From Alphaproteobacteria bacterium (GTDB lineage Bacteria > Myxococcota_A > UBA796 > CAJQPC01): a stretch of 31,126 nt of DNA. The notes below the pieces were generated by a model. It saw nothing but the letters and a program-made list of their open reading frames with translations, made no database searches and was not told where the DNA came from. A program made the translations under genes and the position numbers. Shown one piece after another: positions 1-8,876 of this stretch (the stretch's first letter is position 1; each line of letters starts with the position of its first letter). The stretch lies in NCBI GenBank assembly GCA_020632795.1, contig JACKEV010000010.1:1-31126 (forward strand), read 5' to 3'.

Positions 1-78
1 GTTTCTTCGGTATACCTGTGCCGCGGCGGTCGCCCGCTCCGACGGGAGCGCGGTCCGTCCCCTCACCTCGGAGCCTGC

Positions 79-1836
79 ATGAGCGTCCCCCTGCTGCCCC
101 AGAACGATCCCGCCTCCGACCAGCGGATGATCACGCTTCAGAAGAAGCGCAAGGACTACGCGTGGACCTTCGACAAGTACCCCTACCTGCCCATGCTGGC
201 CAAGGTGCCGAAGTCCGAGGTCGCCCCCAAGGCGTGGTCGGACGTGGTCAACGGGGCCTTCAAGACCGCGCTGGCCAACAACATCCGCTCCAACAAGGAT
301 CTGGGCTCGCTGCGCGGGATCGCTGACCGGGTGGGTGAGCTGGCCGAGTCCCTGGGGGACCTGTTCGACGACCACTCCTTCCGCGAGCTGAGCAACGACC
401 TGCTGTCGCTGATCCTCGCCGGGAACGTCACGGGGCGGGCGTCCAGCATCGAGGACTTCTCCCAGTTCTTCCAGACCATCCCGCTGCCGGCGGTGGCCTC
501 GAAGTACGCCACTGACGCTTACTTCTCCCGCAAGGCCGTGTGCGGGGCCAACCCGGAGAGCCTGGCGCGGGTCAGCGCCCTCAGCGACCGGGTGCCGGTG
601 ACCGACGCGATGCTCCAGCAGGTGAGCCCTGGGGATCGGCTCGACGCCGCGCTGGCCGAGGGGCGGCTGTTCACCGCGGACTACGGCATGCTCCAGGGCC
701 TGGAGCCCAACGCCGTACACGGCCCCAAGCGCTACGTGTACGCGCCCACGGTGCTCTACGTGGTGCCGCCGGGTCAGGGCACCCCCGCCGCCTTCGCGAT
801 CCAGGTGGGGCGCACGCCGGGGGCGGACAACCCGGTGTTCACCCCCGCGGACGGCTGGGGCTGGACGCTGGCCAAGACCCACGCCTCGGTGGCCGACACC
901 ATCGCCGGGGCGCTGTGGTTCCACCACGCCCGCACCCACATCGTCGCCGAGCCCTTCGTGGTGTCCGCCCACCGCCAGCTCGCCCCCAACCACCCGCTGC
1001 TGCGGCTGTTGCTGCCCCACTTCGAGGGCACCCTCTACATCAACGAGCTGGGCTGGAAGACGGTCTTCGCCCCCGACGGCCTGCTGGACTGGTTCACCGG
1101 CGCCACCCGGCCCAGCCTGCGGGACATGGTGGTGCGCTCGGCCCAGGAGTTCCGCTTCGAGGACTCGATCCTGCCCAGGCGCTTCGCCGCCCGCGGGGTA
1201 GACGACGCCAGCGTGCTCTCCGACTTCCCCTACCGGGACGACGCCCTGCTGGTCTACGGCGCCATCCACGACTGGGTCGAGGCGTACATCGGCGTCTACT
1301 ATCCCGATGACGGCGCCATCCTTGCAGACCTTGAGCTGCAAGGTTGGCTGGCCGAGGTCACCGCCCCCGACGCGGGCGGCATCCAGGGCCTGGGCGAGCA
1401 GGGCCGCTTCCGCACCCGCGCCTATCTGGTGGACGTGCTCAGCCAGCTCCTCTACGCCGGCTCGGCGTTGCACGCGGCGATGAACTTCCCGGTCTCCTCG
1501 GAGATGGCCTTCGTGCCCAACAGCCCCTTCGGGGCCTACACCACCCGCCCCACCAGGAAGGACGGCTGGACCGAGGCCGACTTCCTGGCCCTGCTGCCCC
1601 CCCTGGACGCCGCCCAGCGCCAGTTCGACACCGCGTACCTGCTGGGCGAGTCCCGCTTCGGCAAGATCGGCGCCTACACCGAGGGCTGGTTCTCCGACCC
1701 CCGCGTCACCCCCCACGTCGACCGCTTCAAGGCCAACCTGGCCGACATCGAGCTGACCATCGACGAGCGCAACGCCCGCCGCCCGGCCTACATCCACCTC
1801 AAGCCGAGCCGGATCCCGCCGGGGATCAACATCTAG
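79..1836 (+). CDS. Lipoxygenase (iron-dependent fatty-acid dioxygenase)
   Basis: 585 aa. His-rich motifs WFHHARTH...H and ALHAAMNFPVSS resemble the catalytic iron-ligand helices of lipoxygenases. The C-terminus ends ...GINI; a terminal isoleucine is the iron ligand in lipoxygenases. GGAG sits 6 nt upstream of the ATG at 79. Confidence 0.75.
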   Translation: MSVPLLPQNDPASDQRMITLQKKRKDYAWTFDKYPYLPMLAKVPKSEVAPKAWSDVVNGAFKTALANNIRSNKDLGSLRGIADRVGELAESLGDLFDDHSFRELSNDLLSLILAGNVTGRASSIEDFSQFFQTIPLPAVASKYATDAYFSRKAVCGANPESLARVSALSDRVPVTDAMLQQVSPGDRLDAALAEGRLFTADYGMLQGLEPNAVHGPKRYVYAPTVLYVVPPGQGTPAAFAIQVGRTPGADNPVFTPADGWGWTLAKTHASVADTIAGALWFHHARTHIVAEPFVVSAHRQLAPNHPLLRLLLPHFEGTLYINELGWKTVFAPDGLLDWFTGATRPSLRDMVVRSAQEFRFEDSILPRRFAARGVDDASVLSDFPYRDDALLVYGAIHDWVEAYIGVYYPDDGAILADLELQGWLAEVTAPDAGGIQGLGEQGRFRTRAYLVDVLSQLLYAGSALHAAMNFPVSSEMAFVPNSPFGAYTTRPTRKDGWTEADFLALLPPLDAAQRQFDTAYLLGESRFGKIGAYTEGWFSDPRVTPHVDRFKANLADIELTIDERNARRPAYIHLKPSRIPPGINI

Positions 1837-2942
1837 AACGGATCGCTGAACGCCTCATCGGCGAGCATCGCCTCGTCGGTGAGGCTCTCCAAAAAGGCGA
1901 TCAGGTCCGCCCGCTCCTGCTCCGTCAGCTCAAACCCGCTGACGAACGCGCTCTTGTAGGGGCTGTCCGCGCCTACGCCCGCGTAGGGCCCCTCGGTGAG
2001 GGTGCGCCCACCCGCGGCGTAGTGGTCGAGCACGTCGTCGAGGGTCTCGACGCTGCCGTCGTGCATGTAGGGCGCGGTCAGGGCGATGTTCCGCAGGCTG
2101 GGCGCCCGGAAGCGCCCCATGTCCGTGTCCACGTTGGTGAACGCGTACAGGCCCGTGTTGTCCGGCGGGTAGGCCCCCGCGCCGTCGATGTTGTACAGGC
2201 CGTTGTTGTGGAACGGCTTCTCGTCGAAGACCGTGCCCTCGTGGAAGCTGGAGTCGCTCAGGTTGAAGCCCCCGTGGCAGTGGAAGCACTCCAGTCGCTC
2301 CCCGAAGAAGAGGTCCAGGCCCCGCAGCGCCGAGTCGCTGAGCGCATCCAAATCGCCCTCGTAGCGCAGCCGGTCGTAGGGGGAGCCCGCCGAGACCAGC
2401 GACCGCTCGAAGCTGGCGATGCCCTTGAGGGCGTTCTCCAGGGTGATCGGGTCGGCGGTGTCGGGGAACGCCTCGTCGAAGAGGTCGACGTAGAGCGGCT
2501 CAGCGGCCAGGCGCTCCAGCAGCAGCTCCTCCTGGCCGGCCATGCCCAGCTCCACGGGGTGCTCCCCGAACAGGGGCACCAGCGCCTGGTCCTCCAGCAC
2601 CCGCACGGTGGGGTTGGCCCAGGTGAGCGTCGCGTTGTAGGCCACGTTCACCAGGCTCATCGCACCCCGGGGGTGCAGCTCCCCGGTGGAGCCCTCGGCC
2701 TGCCCCAGCCCGTCGGTCCAGGCCAGCTCCTGGAGGTGGCAGCCCCCGCAGGACTGCGTCTCGTTCTCGGAGAGCCGGGGGTCGTAGAACAGGTGGCGGC
2801 CCAGCTCGACCTTGGCCCGGGTCATCGGGTTGTCCTCAGGCACGTCGGGCAGGGGGAAGTTCGGGGGCAGGTCCCAGTCCCAGGACTGGGGGTCCGCCCC
2901 GTCGTTGCAGCCGAGCAAGGCCAGCAGAGCGAGGAACCGCAT
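1833..2942 (-). CDS. Di-heme cytochrome c peroxidase family lipoprotein, MbnH-like (MauG/CCP fold)
   Basis: Internal ATG at 2942 gives MRFLALLALLGC, a lipobox signal, preceded by GGAGTGAGG. Two CxxCH heme motifs (CGGCH, CFHCH) are spaced as in bacterial di-heme peroxidases. It starts 5 nt after the stop of the upstream MbnP-like gene. The track ORF extends to 3182, but the extension has low-complexity Arg/Trp-rich composition. Confidence 0.75.
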   Translation of the reverse strand: MRFLALLALLGCNDGADPQSWDWDLPPNFPLPDVPEDNPMTRAKVELGRHLFYDPRLSENETQSCGGCHLQELAWTDGLGQAEGSTGELHPRGAMSLVNVAYNATLTWANPTVRVLEDQALVPLFGEHPVELGMAGQEELLLERLAAEPLYVDLFDEAFPDTADPITLENALKGIASFERSLVSAGSPYDRLRYEGDLDALSDSALRGLDLFFGERLECFHCHGGFNLSDSSFHEGTVFDEKPFHNNGLYNIDGAGAYPPDNTGLYAFTNVDTDMGRFRAPSLRNIALTAPYMHDGSVETLDDVLDHYAAGGRTLTEGPYAGVGADSPYKSAFVSGFELTEQERADLIAFLESLTDEAMLADEAFSDPF

Positions 2943-2946
2943 CGCC

Positions 2947-3789
2947 TCACTCCGCCGAGAAAAGCACCTGGGGACCCCCGGAGAGGCCGAACGCCCCCAG
3001 CACCGGGCCACACTCGGGATCGGAGAGCCCGGACATGCAGCCCTGGGCCCCGCCGCCGTCGGCGTCCACGTCCGAGCCGGCCAGCAGCGCGCCGAAGTCC
3101 GCGACGACGACCTGGGTGTCCACGTCCATGTCCAGCGCCACCTCGACCCGGTTGGGCTCGGTGCAGTCGGTGACCGTGCCATCGGGGTCCGCGGTGCAGC
3201 CGGTGCTGCCCAGGTGCACGAACCAGCCCTCCGGCAGGCCCGCCGTGGAGAGGTCCATCCGCAGGAACTTGTAGCCGGACTGCCAGCTCCAGAACATCGT
3301 GCTCAGGTTGAGGGGGGTGTCGGCGACGGCGGCGTCGGCGTGGTTCAGGCCGAAGGGCACGCCCAGGGTGAAGCGCAGGCCGGTGTAGTCCCCCGCCGGG
3401 GCCACGCCGGTCACCGTGTCGTTGGTCGGGCTGGTGCCGTTGCCGCACAGGCCGGTGGCATCCTCGAAGTCCAGCAGCGCGACCGTGCCGTTCTGCCAGA
3501 GATCGTCGTCGTCCAGCGTGACCGGCACCTCGGCCCCGGCGCTGTCCACCAGCCGCAGGTCGTGCACGTAGAAGCGCAGATCCTGGAGGCTGATGGTGCT
3601 GCCGGTGGTGCCCACGCCGGGGATCTCCTGGCCGCAGGCCGCCGGGGTGGCGCCGAAGCGCGCCGCGAAGGTGACCGCGACGTCCTGCTCGGTGGCGCCC
3701 GAGTCGTCAGAGTGGCTGGAGTCGTCGGTGGCGTCCTTGTCGGCGCAGGCGCCGAGGCCGATCAAGGCGATGAGGGTGAGGTTGCGCAT
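2947..3789 (-). CDS. MbnP-like periplasmic lipoprotein (partner of the di-heme enzyme; 'metallo-mystery pair')
   Basis: 280 aa with lipoprotein signal MRNLTLIALIGLGAC and strong RBS AAGGAGGAG. Several conserved Cys and a Trp-rich core (MFWSWQSGYKFLRMD). The position immediately upstream of, and coupled to, the di-heme peroxidase matches the MbnP-MbnH arrangement. Family assignment is from memory, not a search. Confidence 0.5.
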   Translation of the reverse strand: MRNLTLIALIGLGACADKDATDDSSHSDDSGATEQDVAVTFAARFGATPAACGQEIPGVGTTGSTISLQDLRFYVHDLRLVDSAGAEVPVTLDDDDLWQNGTVALLDFEDATGLCGNGTSPTNDTVTGVAPAGDYTGLRFTLGVPFGLNHADAAVADTPLNLSTMFWSWQSGYKFLRMDLSTAGLPEGWFVHLGSTGCTADPDGTVTDCTEPNRVEVALDMDVDTQVVVADFGALLAGSDVDADGGGAQGCMSGLSDPECGPVLGAFGLSGGPQVLFSAE

Positions 3790-3808
3790 GGTCTCCTCCT
3801 TCCTGGGG

Positions 3809-4609
3809 TCAAGCGGGCGCCCCCAGCCGCGCGGTGAGCCCCAGGCCCACCCGCCAGCCGACGCGGCGGTCGCGGGTCACCGGGAGCGCGCCCGCGGCGT
3901 TGAGCGCCCATCGTCCTCGCGTCAGCCCCACCACGGGGCCGACCGTGACGGGCAGTTGCCCGCCTTCATCGAAGCTCTTGATGAGGTCCACCCGCGCCCC
4001 CGGGCGCAGCGCCCCCCAGGCCGCGTCGCGGGTGACCCCCAGCTCGGCGCGGGCCAGCAGCTCCTGCGCGTCGTGGGGGTTGACCTCCACGCCGATACCG
4101 TGGCGGTGGGCCTCGGCGCCGACGGCCTGCCCCCAGGCCACCTGCACGGCGAGGTCCGCCGGGCCCAGCCAGCCCTGGGCGCGGGCGTAGGGCATCACGA
4201 CGAGGTGACGGTCGCCGAGCGCCTCGTCCGAGGCGGTGGGCAGCTCGGCCTGGAGCCCCGCGGCCACCACTGCGGCGCCCTCGCCCAGGGCCCGGCCCAG
4301 GTCCGCGTATAAAATGGTATTTCCGATGCCAATTTGGCGTTCCCCGAGGGAGGACCTTGCGATCAGCGGCGTCGCCCCACCCAGCTTGAGGTGCTTTCCC
4401 GGCGCGACATGGCCGCCCAGGAACAGCTCGCCGTAGCCCCCCGGCCACAGCGGCGCGTCGGTCAGCCGGCTGGTGAGCTTCAGCTCACCGCGCACCTTCG
4501 CCGCGCTGGGGGCGGCGTCCATCGGGCAGTGGTCCAGCCCGCAGCTCGCCCCGGCCACCGAGGGGATGCTCAGCGCGAGGCTCAGGGCGATGTTGCGCAG
4601 CGCGTTCAT
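3809..4609 (-). CDS. Secreted hypothetical protein (signal peptide, CGLDHC motif)
   Basis: Internal ATG at 4609 gives MNALRNIALSLALSIPSVAGA, a cleavable signal peptide. Codon usage is consistent and there is a 19-bp gap to the next gene downstream on the minus strand. Confidence 0.5.
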   Translation of the reverse strand: MNALRNIALSLALSIPSVAGASCGLDHCPMDAAPSAAKVRGELKLTSRLTDAPLWPGGYGELFLGGHVAPGKHLKLGGATPLIARSSLGERQIGIGNTILYADLGRALGEGAAVVAAGLQAELPTASDEALGDRHLVVMPYARAQGWLGPADLAVQVAWGQAVGAEAHRHGIGVEVNPHDAQELLARAELGVTRDAAWGALRPGARVDLIKSFDEGGQLPVTVGPVVGLTRGRWALNAAGALPVTRDRRVGWRVGLGLTARLGAPA

Positions 4610-4663
4610 CGCCCCGGAATCTACGCGCCCCCCCCAGCCCTGTCGCTGTGGCAAGTTGTCGCG

Positions 4664-5205
4664 CTACCAGGGCGCGACCAGATCCAGGCGCAGGCCCCCG
4701 CCCTCGAACGCCACCAACCCGACGTCCTTTCCGAAGGCGTAGGTCCCCGTCAGCGCCACGCCGGTGCACTCCGCGACCACGCCCTCCCGGAACACCCCGT
4801 AGAAGGTCTCGATCTCCTGGAGGGTCTCGATGCGGCAGGTCCAGCCGCCCTGGCCCACCTCGTCGCCGCCGCTGCTGTCCCGCTCCAGCACGGGGTAGTC
4901 GCCGCTGCCCGTCAGCGCCCCCAGCTCCCAGTCGACCAGCGCGAGGCCGTCGCTGTCGTCCCAGGTCAGCCGCCCCTCCACCTCGCCGTCGGTCCACCGG
5001 GCCCCGCGCCGCAGCTCCACCTCACCGTCGCCGACGTGCCGGGCGTGCAGCAGCTCGGCCTCGTCGGGGTCGGCGTCCTCGCCGTCGTCCCGGTAGGTCC
5101 AGGCCTGGCCCTCGGTGAGCGCGTACCAGGCCTCCAGATCGCGGGTGTTGTTGTTGCGCCCGCCCTCACCGACGCCGCAGCCCAGCACCAGCAGCCAGCC
5201 GATCA
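4664..5205 (-). CDS. Small hypothetical lipoprotein
   Basis: GTG start (VIGWLLVLGCG lipobox) overlaps the stop of the upstream propeller gene in a GTGA arrangement. About 180 aa, acidic, Trp-rich. Only the C-terminal part of track ORF 4664..5653 is plausible. Confidence 0.4.
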
Positions 5206-6873
5206 CAGCTTCCACCAGTACGGCAGGTGGTTGTCCGCGTCGGTGCGCTGGCCGGGCAGCCAGAACGGCGCGCTGGAGGGGTCCTGCCCCGCCGAGGCCG
5301 CCTCGGTGTCGATGGCGGTCACCCAGATCTGCGGCTCGTCGCGGTCGTCGATGGCGTAGTCCCGCAGCGAGCTGTAGGCCAGCCACAGCACGTCGTCGTC
5401 GGGCAGCGGGCCCCAGCGCGGGTAGCTGTTCTGGAGCCCCGTGCCCTCGCCGTTGGCGTTGCTCAGGCGGATGTTGAGGTCGCCCTCGGGGTTGACCAGG
5501 TACAGCTCGGCGTCCCGCGAGGCGTAGCCCCGCCCGATGGTGCGGTTGTAGGCGATCCACGCCCCATCCGGGGACCACGCCGGGTAGTAGTAGTTGTAGA
5601 CCGGGTCGCCGGGCACCACCACCTGGGGGTCGCCCAGGTCCCCGTCGTTCCACGGCAGGATGACGATCTCACCGCCCCGGAAGAAGAACTCGTTCTCCCA
5701 CTCCCGCACGATCCGCACCGCGACCACGGACTCACCGTCGGGAGAGAAGTCCGGCTGGCTGTAGGGATCCGGGAAGCTGTAGGTGCGCAGCCGCTCCCCG
5801 GTCTCCATCGAGTAGAGCGAGAAGACGCCCTCGTTGGTCGCCAGCAGGTACCGCCCGTCAGGGGAGACCGTCTTGAACGTGATGCGCCGGTCGTCGGAGT
5901 GGGCCACCCGCACGAAGGGGTTGTCGGGGTTGCCCACGTCCAGGATGGAGAACATGCCGCTGATGCCGTCGTGGCTGATCACCATCTCGTCGGTGATCTC
6001 GCTGACGACGTGGCAGCCGTAGCAGGAGTCGTCGGGGAAGTCGCCCCAGAACACCTCGGCCTGGTCCGAGCCGAACGGGATGCGCATGATGCCGCGCACG
6101 GCGGTGGACCAGTAGAGCACGCTGCCCCGGGCGTCCAGGCGGTTCACCGTCAGGGTGATGGGCGGGCCCTCGACCACGTCGGTGAGCGCGCTGCCGCTCC
6201 AGGTGCCCGAGGCGACCGTGACCTCGACCTCGCCGTTGCGGTTGGCCGCCGAGATCTGCTCCCACAGCGCGGCGGTGGCGAACCAGCTCGTGTCGGTCAG
6301 GGTGAACACCGAGATGTCGGTGATGTCCGAGCGCAGCCGCAGGCGGTGGGCGTTGGCGCCTGTGGGGGCGTCCCACAGGAACCCCAGGCCCTCGAGGTTG
6401 CGGGGCACCCGCACGCCGTCGCTGGGGTAGAGCAGCGCGGGGCTCGCACCGGTGGTGGGGCTGGCCGCGTCGAAGGCCGCGACGAGCCCCGCGTCGGCTC
6501 CGTCGGCGACCACGTCCTCGGTGTAGACCACCCGCACCTCGGCGGTGGCCTCGATGCCCAGGTGGGCGGCGGTGACCAGGGTGACCCCGCCGTTGGTGTC
6601 CACCGAGGTGAAGACGCCGTCGGCGTCGATCTCCCCGGCGGAGAGGTTGGAGCTGCTCCAGGCCACCAGATCGATCTCGGCCTCGACGCCGCTCTCGAAG
6701 GTCGCGATCGCCGCGAAGTCGACCTCCACGGGATCGCCGGTGGTCACCTCGGCTTCGACCGCGTCGGGCTCCAGCCGCAGGGCGACCACGTCACCGTCGA
6801 GGTTCTCGACCACGCCGTTGTCGGTGCCGCTGCCGGTGCAGGCCGCGCCCGCCAGGATCAGGAGGATGCTCAC
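5203..6873 (-). CDS. TolB-like beta-propeller lipoprotein with N-terminal Ig-like region and a single CxxCH motif
   Basis: GTG start at 6873 gives (M)SILLILAGAAC, a lipoprotein signal, and overlaps the vWA gene stop as GTGA. Repeated SPDG/PDG PD40-like blades (SPDGRYLL, FSPDGESV, WSPDGAWIAY) indicate a TolB-type propeller. CYGCH is present at about aa 300. Confidence 0.55.
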   Translation of the reverse strand: MSILLILAGAACTGSGTDNGVVENLDGDVVALRLEPDAVEAEVTTGDPVEVDFAAIATFESGVEAEIDLVAWSSSNLSAGEIDADGVFTSVDTNGGVTLVTAAHLGIEATAEVRVVYTEDVVADGADAGLVAAFDAASPTTGASPALLYPSDGVRVPRNLEGLGFLWDAPTGANAHRLRLRSDITDISVFTLTDTSWFATAALWEQISAANRNGEVEVTVASGTWSGSALTDVVEGPPITLTVNRLDARGSVLYWSTAVRGIMRIPFGSDQAEVFWGDFPDDSCYGCHVVSEITDEMVISHDGISGMFSILDVGNPDNPFVRVAHSDDRRITFKTVSPDGRYLLATNEGVFSLYSMETGERLRTYSFPDPYSQPDFSPDGESVVAVRIVREWENEFFFRGGEIVILPWNDGDLGDPQVVVPGDPVYNYYYPAWSPDGAWIAYNRTIGRGYASRDAELYLVNPEGDLNIRLSNANGEGTGLQNSYPRWGPLPDDDVLWLAYSSLRDYAIDDRDEPQIWVTAIDTEAASAGQDPSSAPFWLPGQRTDADNHLPYWWKL

Positions 6874-7802
6874 AGCCCGGTGTCCTCCAGCGAGCCCGTG
6901 CCCGCCCACTCGTAGTAGCGCGCGGTCAGCTCGCTGCCGGGCGGGGGCACCGCGTAGCCGTCCAGCACCAGCATGTTGTAGCCGGCGTCGTAGGTCCAGC
7001 CGTGGCGCTCGCGGGGATGGATGATGACGCCGTCGACCGCGACCTCCATCGAGGACAGCTCGGGCAGGGCCCGCAGCGCGAAGCGGTTCTCCATGCCCAG
7101 CACCTTGAGGGCCACCCGGCGCAGCATGCCGTCGTAGTCCGCCGCGCAGATCGACTCCCGCAGGCCGCCGGTGAGGGCCTGGGCCTCGACGTAGCGCGCG
7201 CCCGGGTCGGCGGCGGCCAGCAGCGACGCGCAGCCCTCGGGCAGGTCACCGACGATGGCGTTCACCCCCAGCGCGGCGTCCGGCCGCAGGGCCTGGAGCG
7301 CGTCGACGAACGCGGCGGCGTCCAGGTCGGAGTGGTCGTCCTCGTCGGTGAAGAAGACGACCTCCATGTCCGCCTCGGGCCGCCCGAAGCCGCCCTGGGC
7401 GGGGTCGAAGGCGGCCAGCGCGGCGTCGAAGCCCCGCTCGTCCCGGCTCCCCTCCCCGCCCAACACGGTCAGCTCGGCGAAGCGGTCGGACAACAGAGGG
7501 GTGTCCGGGTCCAGCTCCTGGCCCATGATCTGCCCGGCCGCCTCGCCGTCCATGTCGGTGGTGACGATGCCCAGGCGGAAGTCGACCGCGACGGTGGACA
7601 GGTAGCTGACGAAGCTGACCGCGTGGGCGGCGAGCTGGACCTGCTCCTCGTACATCGAGGCGGAGTCGTCGATGACCCAGAGCACATCCACGCCCTGCTC
7701 GCGGGAGGGCTGGACCCAGCTCTCCTGCTCGACGTGGCGGGTCACGCCGTAGTCGACGCAGCCCGTGAGGAGCAGCGCTGGAAGCAGTCCTGGCTTCGTC
7801 AT
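6870..7802 (-). CDS. von Willebrand factor A (vWA) domain lipoprotein
   Basis: MTKPGLLPALLLTGC lipobox. The start could be 7802 or 7808; 7802 has AGGATG 4 nt upstream. VLWVIDDSASM is a MIDAS-type DxSxS motif at the start of a vWA fold. Confidence 0.6.
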   Translation of the reverse strand: MTKPGLLPALLLTGCVDYGVTRHVEQESWVQPSREQGVDVLWVIDDSASMYEEQVQLAAHAVSFVSYLSTVAVDFRLGIVTTDMDGEAAGQIMGQELDPDTPLLSDRFAELTVLGGEGSRDERGFDAALAAFDPAQGGFGRPEADMEVVFFTDEDDHSDLDAAAFVDALQALRPDAALGVNAIVGDLPEGCASLLAAADPGARYVEAQALTGGLRESICAADYDGMLRRVALKVLGMENRFALRALPELSSMEVAVDGVIIHPRERHGWTYDAGYNMLVLDGYAVPPPGSELTARYYEWAGTGSLEDTGL

Positions 7803-7878
7803 CGACATCCTGCGCACGGCGGGAAATGTACCACGCCGCGCGCAGGCCCAGACCACCCGAAAGCGACCGCCAGCAGGC

Positions 7879-8688
7879 TCAGCCGGCGTCGGCCTTGTGG
7901 ATGACGATCTGGTCGAACGGGATCTCGATGCCGGCGGCGTCCAGCTCCTCGTAGATGGCCACCCGGCCGTTGTGGGTGGCGGCGAAGTAGTCCTCGGGCT
8001 TCATGTAGATGTGGAGGAGCAGGTCCAGGGAGCTGGCCCCGAAGTTCACGAAGGCCACCCCCGGGCCGGGCTCAGCCACCACCTTCTCGGCCCGGCGGCC
8101 GGCCTTGAGCAGGGCCTCGGTCGCCTTGCCCAGGTCGGTGCCGTAGGCCACGCCGATGGCCAGGGACTCACGCCGCACGCCCATCATGGAGTAGTTCTTG
8201 ATGTTCCCGCCCAGGACCGCGCTGTTGGGCACGATGATGGTGGTGTTGGCGGGGGTCTCCAGGGTCGTCACGAAGATGCCGATGTCCTTGACCTGGCCCT
8301 CCTCGCCCGCGATCTCGACGATGTCGTCCAGCCGGATCGGCTTGAAGAAGAGGATCAGCACGCCGCTGGCGAAGTTCGCCAGGCTGCCCTGCAGGGCCAG
8401 GCCCACCGCCAGGCCGGCCGAGCCCAGCACCACCGAGAGGCTGGTCGTCTCGATGCCCACGGTCTGGAGCGCCGCGATGACCGTCGCGATCAGCACCAGA
8501 TACCGCGCGATGGAGCCGAGGAAGCGGGCCAGGGCCTCCTCCACGTCGCCGCGCTTGAGGGAGCGGTAGAGCAGGCCTTCGGCCCACTTCGCGCCCATCC
8601 AGCCGATGAAGAAGATGGCGATGGCGCCCGCGATGCCCTGGATCATGGGCAGATAGGGCTGAAAGGTCTCCGGAATCTCAGGAGGCAT
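7879..8688 (-). CDS. mscS: Small-conductance mechanosensitive channel (MscS family)
   Basis: ATG at 8688 with GGAGAG RBS. Three TM helices are followed by the conserved MscS beta-domain (GLALQGSLANFASGVLILFFKPIRLDDIVEI...IIVPNS). Confidence 0.75.
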   Translation of the reverse strand: MPPEIPETFQPYLPMIQGIAGAIAIFFIGWMGAKWAEGLLYRSLKRGDVEEALARFLGSIARYLVLIATVIAALQTVGIETTSLSVVLGSAGLAVGLALQGSLANFASGVLILFFKPIRLDDIVEIAGEEGQVKDIGIFVTTLETPANTTIIVPNSAVLGGNIKNYSMMGVRRESLAIGVAYGTDLGKATEALLKAGRRAEKVVAEPGPGVAFVNFGASSLDLLLHIYMKPEDYFAATHNGRVAIYEELDAAGIEIPFDQIVIHKADAG

Positions 8689-8820
8689 TGAGGTCTCTCC
8701 AGTCAAGAAGTGAGCAGGTTCCCAGGTCTGGCCTGACTTTATCGGACACATCCCCTCGGACCATTGCGACCCTCTTACTGTAAGAGGTGGTGAAAGAGCC
8801 AACCCACCTCAAAAAGCGAC

Positions 8821-8849
8821 TTGCATAAAAATTCACTGCAAGGTATTTC
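8821..8849 (+). promoter_or_regulatory. Sigma70-like promoter (TTGCAT-17-TATTTC) overlapping an ARG-box-like ArgR operator (TGCATAAAAATTCA)
   Basis: Hexamers spaced 17 bp about 30 bp upstream of argC. The 14-mer 8822-8835 fits the TGAAT-wwww-ATTCA ARG box with one mismatch. An 8-bp-arm inverted repeat CCTCTTAC-T-GTAAGAGG lies at 8771-8788. Confidence 0.4.
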
Positions 8850-8876
8850 CATGCCTCTCTTTCGCGGGAACCCCTC

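Noticed and set aside
540-3173. ORFs 540..1310 (+) and 1344..3173 (+) rich in Arg/Pro/Gly
   Set aside because: Alternative frames of or antisense to the lipoxygenase and di-heme peroxidase genes. They lack domain signatures and have a biased low-complexity composition.
4664-5653. N-terminal 150 aa of track ORF 4664..5653
   Set aside because: The extension overlaps the upstream propeller gene in another frame and is Arg/Gly-rich. Only the part after the GTG at ~5205, which has a lipoprotein signal, is plausible.
5227-6915. 562-aa plus-strand ORF opposite the propeller lipoprotein
   Set aside because: Antisense shadow ORF. Val/Gly/Arg-rich with no motifs.
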